DNA of 15,605 bases from Chthoniobacterales bacterium (lineage in GTDB: Bacteria > Verrucomicrobiota > Verrucomicrobiia > Chthoniobacterales > CAKUMP01), in assembly GCA_041748815.1 (NCBI GenBank), contig JBGTCP010000035.1:1-15605 (forward strand), given 5' to 3'. The number at the start of each line of letters is the position of its first letter. Position 1 is the first letter of the stretch. Below are positions 15,272 through 15,605 of this stretch, in pieces. Position numbers and translations under genes: made by a program. The notes beneath the pieces are model-generated. The model was not told the DNA's origin. It saw only the letters and a list, made by a program, of their open reading frames with translations, and ran no database searches.

Positions 15272-15605
15272 GCCACCCGACTTTTCACTGAGTTTGGTAA
15301 GTTTTCGTGCCAACATATGGGCGGTGGCGATCAAGATGACGCCTGCGAAAAATGTCAGTGCGGTTTCTGTAAGGTTGTAAAACGAGCTGGCAGCGATCGC
15401 CCGGGTCTCAATGTCTGCCGCGCGATAGGCATTGGCGTAGTGAATCCAGTTAAAAGTTTTTCCAAAGTTGGCCAGGGCAAACCAATCCAGGGAGCAAATA
15501 CCCATGTCAGCACACTTGCGGCCAGCAGAAATACGGGGCTTGGCAAATAGACCATCTGAAAACCAAGGGACTCCAGATTGACAAAGACTACAACAAGCTG
15601 AACAA
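15272..15605 (-). CDS. partial hydrophobic membrane protein running off the right edge, apparently split between two frames near 15500 (frameshift or sequencing error)
   Basis: The minus frame open from 15605 reads ..VQLVVVFVNLESLGFQMVYLPSPVFLLAASVLTWVFAPWIGL.. . A second frame (15505..15272) continues with ..WFALANFGKTFNWIHYANAYRAADIETRAIAASSFYNLTETALTFFAGVILIATAHMLARKLTKLSEKSGG*. Both are hydrophobic and helix-like. No family was recognised. Confidence 0.3.

Noticed and set aside
15186-15272. 28-codon GTG ORF downstream of an AGGAGG-like motif between the repeat array and the membrane-protein gene
   Set aside because: It is too short, has no conservation evidence, and is compositionally unremarkable. 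It could be chance. It is mentioned in the repeat-array finding only as context.
1-15605. tRNA, rRNA, transposase or integrase search
   Set aside because: No T-loop GTTCRANYC-type cloverleaf candidates, no rRNA-like conserved blocks and no DDE or tyrosine-recombinase-like ORFs were seen. The structured region at 5760-5975 lacks tRNA architecture.

Overview
The window is a 15.6-kb chromosomal segment of a moderately GC-rich bacterium. Most start codons lack an obvious Shine-Dalgarno sequence, which suggests a Verrucomicrobia-, Planctomycetes- or Bacteroidetes-like lineage (inference only). It is mostly housekeeping genes with a short accessory-like stretch in the middle.

Gene content, left to right:
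- The 5' end of mnmG, then a translationally coupled argJ-argB-cdd cluster, all on the minus strand.
- An unusually long (724 aa) flotillin/SPFH membrane protein with an extended Glu/Ala-rich coiled coil.
- An intergenic region of about 300 bp packed with nested hairpins and a (TC)6 microsatellite.
- A vapBC type II toxin-antitoxin pair with a palindromic operator.
- dps and an RsmB/Sun-family rRNA m5C methyltransferase, convergently overlapping by 20 bp.
- A small SEC-C zinc-motif gene broken by a +1 frameshift in an A4 run.
- An N-terminally truncated MscS-family cytoplasmic-domain ORF, tightly coupled to a small signal-peptide ORF.
- A 1102-aa secreted repeat protein with degenerate ELWxxDGT-like repeats and a DxDxDG calcium-binding-type motif.
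- A YjbR/MmcQ-family gene.
- An AAA_14/DUF4143 ATPase preceded by four perfectly phased 23-bp tandem direct repeats, organised as 2 x 46 bp, ending 4 nt before its start codon.
- A partial, apparently frameshifted membrane-protein gene at the right edge.

I recognised no rRNA, tRNA, CRISPR array or transposase. No complete novel multi-gene system is evident. The most unusual items are the 23/46-bp repeat array upstream of the DUF4143 ATPase, the structured intergenic element, and the two homopolymer- or decay-associated gene disruptions.
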